This document shows, in pieces, positions 55,997 to 64,000 of a stretch of 64,000 nucleotides of DNA. Origin of the DNA: Candidatus Aquidulcis sp. Its GTDB lineage: Bacteria > Chloroflexota > Anaerolineae > UBA4142. The stretch lies in assembly GCA_020723345.1 (NCBI GenBank), contig DYJA01000003.1:12972-76971 (forward strand), given 5' to 3'. Position numbers and translations under genes: made by a program. Below the pieces are notes generated by a model that ran no database searches, had not been told where the DNA came from, and saw only the letters and a program-made list of their open reading frames with translations. The stretch's first letter is position 1; every line of letters begins with the position of its first letter.

Positions 55997-56464
55997 TCAG
56001 ATTTCATTCAGCCGCGCGTGTCGATTCTCCCACAACTGCCGCGTCAAGCGCATCTGTCCCAAGTGTTCATTGTAATGCTCGACGACGTGCAAAATGCACC
56101 AACGTACCGTGTGCGGCTGAGGTTCGGGACGCACGGTCTCCAAATCTGCTTCGACAAGACGCGCGAGGATTTCTTCGCTTTCGCGCGTGACAGCATCGTA
56201 CAACGAACGCAACGCGGGAACATCGTCGCCGCGCGCGCGAAATTCCGCCTCGCGATCGCGGTCGATCTTGCGCTGCCCGACGACCTCGTGGATCCAGCGC
56301 CGTTCCGCGCCCAACGAGTGAAACGCGAGCGCGTACAGCGAGTTGGCGTCGTCGGGCAACGGTCGCCAGTTCAGCGCGTCCGCGCTCAAGCCGTCGAGCG
56401 TCTGCAAAAGATCGGCGCGTCGCTCGCGTAACGTCGAAATGTAATTTTGGATTTCCGGCAACAT
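55997..56464 (-). CDS. DinB-superfamily protein
   Basis: '...LNWRP...NSLYALAFHSLGAERRWI...ILHVVEHYNEHLGQM'. Confidence 0.8.
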   Translation of the reverse strand: MLPEIQNYISTLRERRADLLQTLDGLSADALNWRPLPDDANSLYALAFHSLGAERRWIHEVVGQRKIDRDREAEFRARGDDVPALRSLYDAVTRESEEILARLVEADLETVRPEPQPHTVRWCILHVVEHYNEHLGQMRLTRQLWENRHARLNEI

Positions 56465-56566
56465 AATCGCCCCCTCAATAATCATCCACGAAGAACGCAA
56501 AGGACACGAAATTTACTCTTTCCTTCGTGATCTTCGTGCCCGTCGTGGACAAATTTAATTCCAGCG

Positions 56567-57478
56567 TCACCCTACCTCGACGCGATTTTTCCCGGCGTGT
56601 TTCGCGCGCGTCAACGCGCCTTCCGCGCGACCGAGGAGCGCGAGGTTCTCCGTGAGGTCGCTGCCGGAGGTCGCCGCGACGCCGATGCTCACCGTCACAT
56701 GCAGATCGAGTTTCTCCAAGACAAAGTGATGTTCGGCAATCAACTTGCAGATTCGTTCGGCGAGCGCGCGCGCGCCCACCTCGTTGGTATGCGGCGCGAT
56801 AATCACGAAATCCTGTGTGTCATTGCGTCCAATGATTTCGGAATCGCGCGCCATCTTTAAGAGCAATTGACCTGTTTCGATCAGCACGCTATCGCCGGTC
56901 AAGATACTGTGCGTGCGATTGATTTCTTTCAGATTGTCGACATCGATCAGCAGCACCGCCAACGACGTTTTGTAGCGTCCACTCCGCCTCGCCTCGTACG
57001 CCAATTGATGCAACAGATAACGCCGATGATACAAGCGCGTGAGCGGATCGAGGATCGCCAACATCCACTCATTATCCGGCTTCATCGGCAGAACCGCCGC
57101 GATCTGATCGCCGGTGTGCCAACCCGCCGCCGCGTGCGTTTTCACTTCGGCGAGATCGAACGGCGCGGTCAGACAATCCGAAAGCGGCACGCGCGAACGC
57201 TCGATCAATTGCGCTTCCTCCGCGTTCTCCGCAAGAAAAATGATCGGTATGTTCGCGGTCGGCGTCAACGAACGCAGCGCGCGCGCGGTTTCCAGCCCGT
57301 TCAAACCGCTCAACGCGACGCCGAGAAAGATCGCGTTCGGTTTGTGATCGAGCGCGGTATCCACTGCCGCTATGCCGTTCGGCGCGGTGAAGACGCGATG
57401 CCGATCGGCGCGCAACGCCTTTTGCAGCGCGTTCACCGTCGCGCGCTTTTTCGAGACGATCAGAAATTTGCCAGCCAT
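56567..57478 (-). CDS. Degenerate receiver fused to a degenerate GGDEF domain
   Basis: The receiver has 'AIFLGVALSGLNG' (Gly at the phospho-Asp position). The GGDEF site reads 'GRNDTQDFVII'. Confidence 0.75.
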   Translation of the reverse strand: MAGKFLIVSKKRATVNALQKALRADRHRVFTAPNGIAAVDTALDHKPNAIFLGVALSGLNGLETARALRSLTPTANIPIIFLAENAEEAQLIERSRVPLSDCLTAPFDLAEVKTHAAAGWHTGDQIAAVLPMKPDNEWMLAILDPLTRLYHRRYLLHQLAYEARRSGRYKTSLAVLLIDVDNLKEINRTHSILTGDSVLIETGQLLLKMARDSEIIGRNDTQDFVIIAPHTNEVGARALAERICKLIAEHHFVLEKLDLHVTVSIGVAATSGSDLTENLALLGRAEGALTRAKHAGKNRVEVG

Positions 57479-57480
57479 GT

Positions 57481-57600
57481 TTTCCCTCTAGTCAATCAGA
57501 CGATCAGGCAATCAGTAATCAGGCAATTAGGCAGCCAAACAATCGGTCGACCGATTGACCGACTACCGATCGACCGATTGCCCGATTGCCTGATTGACCA
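57481..57600. repeat. Heptamer-repeat hairpin (AATCAGG / GATTGCC / CGATTGA family) overlapping the 3' end of the CCA-enzyme gene
   Basis: TAGTCAATCAGACGATCAGGCAATCAGTAATCAGGCAATTAGGCAG...CGACCGATTGACCGACTACCGATCGACCGATTGCCCGATTGCCTGATTGACC. Confidence 0.8.
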
Positions 57601-60226
57601 ACAGCTCTTCTTCGGCGCGCGTCGAAATTTCGCCGTCCAGCCGCGCGTCGCGCAATCGTTCGAGAATGTGACGATATTGCGGACCGGGGCGGATGCCCAT
57701 GCGTTTGAGATCGTCGCCGGTCAATTCGGGCGCGATACCGCGCACGCGCGTGCGGAACAGCGCGATGCGTTCGCGCGCGCGTTCGTCGTCAGTCGCCAAT
57801 GCAAAGAGCGCGAGCGCGTCGTCGCCATAATCCACGAGCAAACGATAGAGCGCGCTCGGCGCAAGCGCATCGACGCGTAGGCGCGGCTCGACCTCCGCGC
57901 GCAACGCGAGCAATTGCAGGATCGTTTCGATTTCCGCGTTCGGGAGCCGCAAGCGTCGGCAAAATTCAGCCGCAGCCGACGGCGTCAGATGGTACGCCAG
58001 CAAACCCAGGTACGTCACCGCCGTCGGCGTCCTGACCCTTCGACTATCGCTCAGGGGGGCGGCATCCTGAGCGATAGTCGAAGGATTTGCCGCGAAGTCG
58101 AAGGATTCTGCCGCGCGCGCTTGCTGAAACTTGCTCGCGTGCCAATCCGAAAAATCGAGCGGCGCAAAGATCGCTTTGAGCGCGCCGAGTTCGTGCGCGC
58201 GCGCCAACGCCTTTTCCGGCTCGCGCTCACGAAAGATCAGAGTGAACTCGTGGCGAATCCGTTCGCCGCTGACGCGCGTAAACATATCGAGCGCGTCGCC
58301 GATCAGGCGCGCGGTGCGCGGCTCGATCTTGAAACCGAACCGCTGCTCAAAACGCGCGGCGCGCAAAATCCGCGTCGGGTCTTCGATGAAACTCAGGTTG
58401 TGCAGAACGCGGATCAGCCCGCGCTGCAAATCCGCTTCGCCGCCGAACGGATCGAGCAATTGCCCGTACCGCTCCGGATCGAGGCAAATCGCGAGCGTGT
58501 TGATCGTAAAATCGCGGCGATGCAGGTCTTGCTTGATCGAACTCGTTTCGACTTCGGGCAACGCGGAAGGATGCGCGTAAAATTCCGTGCGCGCGGTGGA
58601 GAAATCGAGAGAGGAAAGATGAGAAATGAGAGATGAGAGTTTCCTGTCTTGCGTCTCTCCGCTTTCATCTTTCATCTCTTTCAGCATCCACTTCGCCGTG
58701 CCAAAGCGCGTGTGTCCGTGAACGCGTCCGCCGTATTTTTTTTGCAATGCCTGCGCGAGCGCAATCGCGTCGCCTTCGACGACGAGGTCGAGATCGAGAT
58801 TGGGCTGGTTGAGCAAGAGATCGCGCACAAAACCGCCGACGATGTACAAACTGAATCCCAGGTCGTGCGCGAGCTGGCTCGCATCGCGCAAGAGCGCGAG
58901 CAGTTCCGACGGCAGCCATTTCTCCAGACGCGCCGCCATTTCTTCCGCGCGCGTCGGACGCTGTTTGCCCCACGGTTTGATGAGATCGGTACGCGTGACG
59001 ATGCCGATAATGCGACTGTCTTTGACGACGGGCACCTGCCCCAAATCGCTCTCGATCATCACCGCGCGCAATTTGTCGAGCGAATCGTCCGGCGTGACCG
59101 CCGCCGGCTTTTGCATCAGGTTTTTGATCGGCGCGTTCAAGAGTTTGTGGCGCGCCGCGCGATCAATTTCGCGTCGCGTCACGACGCCGACGAGTTTGCC
59201 GCGCCGCACGACCGGAAAACCTTCGTGCCCGTAGCGATTCATCGCTTCGGCGGCTTGCGCGACCGTCGTCGTCGTCGCCAGCGTGTGCGCGCCGAATGAC
59301 ATGACGTGACGCACGAGCAGCGACGGCTTGATCGACGCGTTGAGCGATTTGATCAATTTCGATTTTGCCTGACGCAGCGTCATACCGCGAATCAGCGCGG
59401 CAGCGGCTTTGTCGTGTCCGCCGCCGCCGAACGCGGCGGCAGTCGCGGCAACGTCAATTTCCGCGCGTTCGGAACGCGCGACCAGTTGGATGTGATCGTC
59501 CATCTGCACGAGGAGAAAGAGCGCGGCGGGATCGTACATTTCGCGCAGTTGGTGCGCCAGCGTCGAAACCTCGTCGACGTAACCGGCGGCGCGCGCGGCG
59601 GCAAGCGCGATCGCGTGCCCGGCAATTTCGACGGTCTCGATTTTTTCGATGAGTTGCTGATACAATTTGTGCTGCGCGGCGGTGAGCGGCGGGTGCAGAA
59701 ATTCGTTGACGATGGCAAGCCGCGCGGCGCGTTCGAGCAGAAACGCGGCGGCGCGCGCGTCGCGCGGCGTCGTCGTGACGTAGGTGAGCGCGCCGGTATC
59801 TTCGTAAATGCCGAGCAATAACAGCGTCGCTTCAATCGGCGTGAGCGGCAATTCCTTGTCGCTGATCTGTTCGACGAAGAGCGTCGTCGTCGCCCCGGCT
59901 TCGCCGCCGGAAAACGTCATGCCGGGTTTGAGATCGCGCGTGAGTGGGTGGTGGTCGATGAAATGCATCCGCGTCTTGGGCGTGACGCCGCGCGCGGATT
60001 GAACACCCTGGCTGTCGACGACGACAATCGCGCGGAAATGTTGGCGCGGCAAATCTTCGGGACGCGCAAAGGGGAGCGCATCGGCGTAGAGCGCGCAAAA
60101 ATCGCGCACGTTGCGATTGAGGCGGCGCGGCAAAATCGGGAGCGCGTCGGGATAGATTTTCTTCGCGCCGAGCAGCGCGGCGAGCGCGTCGAAATCGGCG
60201 TTCTCGTGCGTGAGGATCGCGTCCAT
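57563..60226 (-). CDS. DHH/DHHA1-CBS-poly(A) polymerase/CCA-adding nucleotidyltransferase fusion protein with two in-frame repeat insertions
   Basis: 'HENADFDALAA', 'GGGGHDKAAAA', CBS pair, 'YIVGGFVRDLLL...DLDLVVEG', 'TARTEFY', 'RRDFTINTLA'. Insertions at 58037-58107 and 58600-58683. Confidence 0.9.
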   Translation of the reverse strand: MDAILTHENADFDALAALLGAKKIYPDALPILPRRLNRNVRDFCALYADALPFARPEDLPRQHFRAIVVVDSQGVQSARGVTPKTRMHFIDHHPLTRDLKPGMTFSGGEAGATTTLFVEQISDKELPLTPIEATLLLLGIYEDTGALTYVTTTPRDARAAAFLLERAARLAIVNEFLHPPLTAAQHKLYQQLIEKIETVEIAGHAIALAAARAAGYVDEVSTLAHQLREMYDPAALFLLVQMDDHIQLVARSERAEIDVAATAAAFGGGGHDKAAAALIRGMTLRQAKSKLIKSLNASIKPSLLVRHVMSFGAHTLATTTTVAQAAEAMNRYGHEGFPVVRRGKLVGVVTRREIDRAARHKLLNAPIKNLMQKPAAVTPDDSLDKLRAVMIESDLGQVPVVKDSRIIGIVTRTDLIKPWGKQRPTRAEEMAARLEKWLPSELLALLRDASQLAHDLGFSLYIVGGFVRDLLLNQPNLDLDLVVEGDAIALAQALQKKYGGRVHGHTRFGTAKWMLKEMKDESGETQDRKLSSLISHLSSLDFSTARTEFYAHPSALPEVETSSIKQDLHRRDFTINTLAICLDPERYGQLLDPFGGEADLQRGLIRVLHNLSFIEDPTRILRAARFEQRFGFKIEPRTARLIGDALDMFTRVSGERIRHEFTLIFREREPEKALARAHELGALKAIFAPLDFSDWHASKFQQARAAESFDFAANPSTIAQDAAPLSDSRRVRTPTAVTYLGLLAYHLTPSAAAEFCRRLRLPNAEIETILQLLALRAEVEPRLRVDALAPSALYRLLVDYGDDALALFALATDDERARERIALFRTRVRGIAPELTGDDLKRMGIRPGPQYRHILERLRDARLDGEISTRAEEELLVNQAIGQSVDR

Positions 60227-60350
60227 TGGGGAGAATTATAGCACAGTTGGGGAATCGGTCAATTAGTCAATCCGGCAATCGGAGATCGGTCAATCCGGCA
60301 ATCAGGAAGCAGAATACTGGTTGCCTGATCGCCGGATTGACTGATTGCCT

Positions 60351-60379
60351 AACAAAAACGCCCTGAACGATCAGAGCGT
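60351..60379 (-). terminator. Terminator after the tRNA cluster
   Basis: Minus sense: ACGCTCTGA TCGT TCAGGGCGT, then TTTTTGTT. Confidence 0.6.
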
Positions 60380-60387
60380 TTCGTCTG

Positions 60388-60461
60388 CCTCCCCGGCGAG
60401 GCTCGAACTCGCAACCTCAGCCTCCGCAGGGCTGCGCGCTATCCAATTGCGCTACGGGGAG
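60388..60461 (-). tRNA. tRNA-Arg (anticodon GCG), CCA not encoded
   Basis: Reverse complement: CTCCCCG TA GCGC AATTGGATA GCGC G CAGCC CTGCGGA GGCTG AGGTT GCGAG TTCGAGC CTCGC CGGGGAG G. Folded by hand. Confidence 0.85.
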
Positions 60462-60465
60462 ATAT

Positions 60466-60536
60466 CCCAGTATTCAGTGTCCAGTAAACAGTAATCAGAC
60501 TGAATACTGAACACCGAATACTGAATACTGAACGCA
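60466..60536. repeat. Heptamer-repeat hairpin (CAGTATT family) between tRNA-Arg and tRNA-Ser
   Basis: CCCAGTATTCAGTGTCCAGTAAACAGTAATCAGACTGAATACTGAACACCGAATACTGAATACTGAAC. Confidence 0.8.
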
Positions 60537-60537
60537 G

Positions 60538-60633
60538 CGGAGGGGGCGGGATTTGAACCCGCGACAGCGGCTTTTAGGACCACTGTAGTCACTTAGCAGG
60601 CGACCGCACTAGACCAAACTATGCGACCCCTCC
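60538..60633 (-). tRNA. tRNA-Ser (anticodon GCT) with a long variable arm
   Basis: The reverse complement starts GGAGGGG TC GCAT...GTGC G GTCGC CTGCTAA GTGAC. Variable arm ACAGTGG-loop-CCGCTGT, T-arm GCGGG TTCAAAT CCCGC, acceptor CCCCTCC G. Confidence 0.8.
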
Positions 60634-60635
60634 AG

Positions 60636-60722
60636 GAAATTTGGAAATTAGAAATTGGACGTTAGAAGTTGGATGGTTGCGGCGGGTCAAACTTCCAACT
60701 TCTAATTTCCAACTTCCGATTC
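60636..60722. repeat. Heptamer-repeat hairpin (GGAAATT / AAGTTGG family) between the two tRNA-Ser genes
   Basis: GGAAATTTGGAAATTAGAAATTGGACGTTAGAAGTTGGATGG...CAAACTTCCAACTTCTAATTTCCAACTTCCGATTCC. Confidence 0.8.
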
Positions 60723-60724
60723 CT

Positions 60725-60808
60725 CGGAGGAGGAAGGATTCGAACCTCCGTGGCTTGTGACCCATCCGCTTTCAAGGCGGCGCCGATAGTCCACTCCGGC
60801 ACTCCTCC
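60725..60808 (-). tRNA. tRNA-Ser (anticodon TGA)
   Basis: Reverse complement: GGAGGAG TG CCGGAGTGGACTATCGG C GCCGC CTTGAAA GCGGA, variable arm, GGAGG TTCGAAT CCTTC CTCCTCC G. Confidence 0.8.
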
Positions 60809-60845
60809 ACGTGCGGACAGAGTATAGCAGAGAGCGGCGATTGTG

Positions 60846-61541
60846 TCAAACGTGGGCTTGAAAACGATAGCCCAGATCGCGCTCGGTGTGGATGTAGCGT
60901 GGACGCCGCGCCGGGTCACCGAGTTTGCGGCGCAAGTGCGAAATGTACACTTTGAGATAGTCGCCGTCTTGCTCATAACCATCGCCCCACGCGTGGCGCA
61001 AAAGCGTTTGGCGCGGAACAACGCGATCTTTGTGCCGCACGAAATATTCAAGGATGCGCCATTCCTTGGGCGACAAGGCGACGGGCGCGCCCGCGACGCG
61101 CGCTTGTCGCGCGTCGAAATCGAGCCGCAAGTGTCCGTCGTCGTACACGCGTACACTCGGGTCTGCATGGCGACGCGTGCGCCGGAGGATCGTGCGGATC
61201 CGCGCGATCAATTCGGCGTTGTGAAAGGGCTTGGTCACGTAGTCGTCCGCGCCATCCGCCAAACGCTCGACCTTTTCTTTTTCGCTGGGCAGGCACGTCA
61301 GCATGACGACTGGGACGTCCGAAATCTCGCGTAGCCGGCGGCAGACTTCGCGTCCATCGCGGTTCGGCATCATGATGTCGAGCAGGATCAAATCGGGATG
61401 TTGCTCGTACGCGAGCCGCAAACACTCGGTACCGTCAATCGCCTGGATCACGCAAAATCCTTCCGCTTCGAGCAAGACGTTCAATACCTGCCGCAACGAT
61501 GGATCATCGTCGGCGACAAGGATCGTGTCTTTTTCTTTCAT
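60846..61541 (-). CDS. OmpR-family response regulator
   Basis: 'ILVADDDPSLR', 'LILLDIMMPNRDG', winged helix 'LSPKEWRILEYF...YIHTERDLGYRF'. Only the last 231 codons of the track ORF are used. Confidence 0.9.
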   Translation of the reverse strand: MKEKDTILVADDDPSLRQVLNVLLEAEGFCVIQAIDGTECLRLAYEQHPDLILLDIMMPNRDGREVCRRLREISDVPVVMLTCLPSEKEKVERLADGADDYVTKPFHNAELIARIRTILRRTRRHADPSVRVYDDGHLRLDFDARQARVAGAPVALSPKEWRILEYFVRHKDRVVPRQTLLRHAWGDGYEQDGDYLKVYISHLRRKLGDPARRPRYIHTERDLGYRFQAHV

Positions 61542-64000
61542 TGCGCCCTCCGCAAAGTAAAATGAAATGTCGCGCCATGCTGCGGTTCGCTCTCTACCCA
61601 AATTCGTCCGCCCATCGTCGTGACCATTTCCCTGGCGAGGGATAATCCCAAACCATGCCCATATACGCGGCGCGCGCTCGTTTGAGGCACGCGATAAAAA
61701 GGTTGAAAGATGTGATCCTGCTCCGCCGGGGGAATCCCCGCGCCGCAATCTTGTACCGAAACATCCACCCACTCCGCGTCCCGCGATTTGATCCGAATGG
61801 TGATGCGACTGCCGGCCGGAGAATAACTGACCGCGTTGTCGAGCAAATTTCGCAAGACCTGTTCGACGCGATGCGCGTCCGCAAACGCGAAGGGTTCGAC
61901 GCGTGAGGTTTGGATCCGAAAGTGATGTTTGCCGGGCGCGGTCTGGAACTGGCGGACGAGCCGGCGCGCCAAAGCGGCGACCGACAGCGGTTCCAATTGC
62001 ACCGGGCGCGGCGAAATCGTTGTGGCTTGGTGTTCCAGGAATTGATCCGCCAATCTCTTTAGTTGATTCCCTTCCGATTTGATGATCGCCCACAATTCGC
62101 CGCGCTGTTTGTCCGGGAGATTGCGGCGCTCGAAAAGTTCGAGCGCGCTGAGCACTGAACTCAGCGGCGAACGGAGTTGGTGCGTGATCATCGCCAAAAA
62201 GTTTTCGTATTCGATTTCGGCGCGTTGCTCTTTCGTCAAATCCCAGAACGCGCCGACCGCGCCGATCACATTTTCTTTCTCGTCGAGCAAGGGCGCAGAC
62301 GCTTTGGCAACCGGAATGATGCGCCCATCGCGCGTCCGCATCTTGCGTCCCTCCGGCACGTACATCGCTTGCTTGTGAAACAGCGCGGCTTCGAGCAATG
62401 ATTCGACTGGGTTCCCCGCCGCGTGATCGCCCAGCAAGTCAGCCCAGTTTTTCCCGCGCACTTCGTCGAGCGTCCAGCCCGTAATGCGTTCCGCGGCGCG
62501 GTTGAACATCACGATGTTGCCCGCCGCGTCTGTCGCGAAGAGACCGCTCAAGCCGCTGTCGAAGATCGCTTGGACTTTGCGCTGCTCGTTCAACACCCTT
62601 TGGAACAGTTGCGCGTTCTCGATGGCGTTCCCCACTTGATTCGCGATGGTTTGCAAAAGATCGCGTTCCTGGGTTGACCACTGGCGCGGTCGCGTATGCA
62701 CCACCGCCAGCGTACCGATGGCGCGCTCGTGCGTCACCAGCGGCACCACCAGCAATGCCTGGAGTCCGCGCGGCTCCATCAATTGGCACGCCAGGTCAGG
62801 TGCGGTTGGTTCTTCCCGCAAATTATTAACGATCAGCGGCGTACGCTGTTCAAGAATGGATGTTACCAATTCGCCCAAAGGGATCGGTCCCGTGATCGGC
62901 GGGCTCCCATGATTGATCCGCGCGGCTATGCGGTAGAGTTTGCCATCCCGAAACAAACTCAGGTCGACCACATCCACGCTAAAAAGTTTCTGCGTCCACT
63001 CAACCGCAATCTCGGCAATCGCTTGTGGATCGAAATTGGCGACCACTGCCGTGCTGATCTGCGCCAAGCCATCCAATTCCCGAACGCGCTGCTGGGTTTG
63101 CGCGTGCAAGCGCGCGTTGTCCAGCGCCACGCCGACTTGGTTCGCAATCGTCTGCAACAAGTTGATCTCGCGCGGCTCCCACTCATGCGGTTCAGCCCGT
63201 CCAACCGAGAGTATCCCAATCACGCGATCCCGCGCCGGCATCGGTACGGTCAAGACTGCCTGCAAGCCGAGTTGAATCAGGTGCGCGCGCAAAAGCGAAT
63301 TAGCGCTCGCGTCGTTTCGCAGATCGGACATGACAAACGGTTTACGCTCTTCGACGATGCCGCGCACGATCACATCAAATTGGATCCGGGGCATCGGATT
63401 AGTGGCAACCGCGTGATGTGTTCCGGCAACAAATCGAGCCGTTTCACCCTCAATCATTCGCACCGTGCAAGTATCCGCCTGCATCAACTGAACGGTCCGT
63501 TTGGCAATGATCTGCGCCAGCGTCTCCGGGTCAAGACTGGCAACGCACGCCGCGCTGAGTTGCGCCAAGCCGTCCAATTCCTGAACCCGTCGTTCCATCT
63601 GCGCGTACAGCCGCGCGTTCTCCAACGCGTTGCCGATTTGACTCCCGATATTCAACAACAGCGCGACATCGGACGGTTCATAACTCGTTCGCGTTTTGCT
63701 GCCGACGAAGATTATGCCGATCGGACGACCGCGCTGCAGAATCGGCACGCCGATCCCGGCGTGATAGCCCTCGACGCGGGGACCGGCGAACCCAACCCCT
63801 GTGTAATCGATCAGATCATTCAGCGCGATCGTTTGACCTTCCATCGCAATACTGCGCGTGACCGGATCATCCAAGCCGAGCCGGCTCACTTGCCGGCACA
63901 AGGCATCGGTTAAGCCACGACATGCCGCGAGGTTCAGATACGGCTGCGCTTCATCCCGCAAGTGGAGCGTCACCGACTCCATGCCGGTGATCGTGGCGAT
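61538..64000 (-). CDS. Multi-GAF/PAS sensor histidine kinase (5' end probably beyond the window)
   Basis: Repeated GAF units ('LLQTIANQVG.A..NA.L'), PAS, H-box 'ITHQLRSPLSSV', 'GHGLGLSLA'. TGA/ATG 4-nt overlap with the regulator. The frame stays open to 64000. Confidence 0.85.
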   Translation of the reverse strand: MATITGMESVTLHLRDEAQPYLNLAACRGLTDALCRQVSRLGLDDPVTRSIAMEGQTIALNDLIDYTGVGFAGPRVEGYHAGIGVPILQRGRPIGIIFVGSKTRTSYEPSDVALLLNIGSQIGNALENARLYAQMERRVQELDGLAQLSAACVASLDPETLAQIIAKRTVQLMQADTCTVRMIEGETARFVAGTHHAVATNPMPRIQFDVIVRGIVEERKPFVMSDLRNDASANSLLRAHLIQLGLQAVLTVPMPARDRVIGILSVGRAEPHEWEPREINLLQTIANQVGVALDNARLHAQTQQRVRELDGLAQISTAVVANFDPQAIAEIAVEWTQKLFSVDVVDLSLFRDGKLYRIAARINHGSPPITGPIPLGELVTSILEQRTPLIVNNLREEPTAPDLACQLMEPRGLQALLVVPLVTHERAIGTLAVVHTRPRQWSTQERDLLQTIANQVGNAIENAQLFQRVLNEQRKVQAIFDSGLSGLFATDAAGNIVMFNRAAERITGWTLDEVRGKNWADLLGDHAAGNPVESLLEAALFHKQAMYVPEGRKMRTRDGRIIPVAKASAPLLDEKENVIGAVGAFWDLTKEQRAEIEYENFLAMITHQLRSPLSSVLSALELFERRNLPDKQRGELWAIIKSEGNQLKRLADQFLEHQATTISPRPVQLEPLSVAALARRLVRQFQTAPGKHHFRIQTSRVEPFAFADAHRVEQVLRNLLDNAVSYSPAGSRITIRIKSRDAEWVDVSVQDCGAGIPPAEQDHIFQPFYRVPQTSARRVYGHGLGLSLAREMVTTMGGRIWVESEPQHGATFHFTLRRAQ

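Noticed and set aside
60662-61334. ORFs 60662-61168(-) and 60843-61334(+) over the tRNA-Ser and response-regulator region
   Set aside because: They overlap a hand-folded tRNA and the well-supported OmpR-type regulator frame. No RBS and implausible composition.

Overview
This is a high-GC bacterial chromosome segment. Gene content and repeat style suggest Chloroflexota, but that is an unverified guess. From left to right the window holds: (1) a DeoR-regulated cluster with two non-pyrrolysine MttB-family methyltransferases, a B12 corrinoid protein, a PHP phosphoesterase, a PfkB kinase and a PotABCD-type ABC importer; (2) a near-complete his operon (hisD-hisC-hisC'-phosphatase-hisB-hisH-hisA-[four-helix-bundle gene]-hisF-hisI-hisE); (3) a LysW-type alpha-aminoadipate lysine cluster (lysW, lysX, homocitrate synthase, homoaconitase large and small subunits, homoisocitrate dehydrogenase), interrupted by a hicBA cassette and about 5 kb of unrelated genes; (4) a more AT-rich minus-strand pair, an orthocaspase and a 600-aa beta-helix surface protein, preceded by a clear c-di-AMP (ydaO-class) riboswitch; (5) an amidohydrolase, a lipoprotein and a catalytically dead DERA-like protein; (6) a 1738-aa soluble hybrid histidine kinase, a REC-GGDEF protein and a DUF4139 protein; (7) toxin-antitoxin modules, an aldo/keto reductase and a 1201-aa GH172/DUF2961 protein; (8) an AT-richer islet at tRNA-Pro with a 7-TM orphan protein and two TA pairs; (9) a DHH-CBS-CCA/poly(A) polymerase fusion, three more tRNAs and an OmpR/GAF-kinase pair. 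The most pervasive unexplained signal is tandem 7-bp repeats. They form the arms of almost every intergenic hairpin. They also sit in frame inside conserved enzymes (HisD, HisC', HisF, the homoaconitase and the CCA enzyme), together with TIR-bounded palindromic mini-elements. All calls come from reading the sequence and the ORF track by eye. No searches or folding programs were run.
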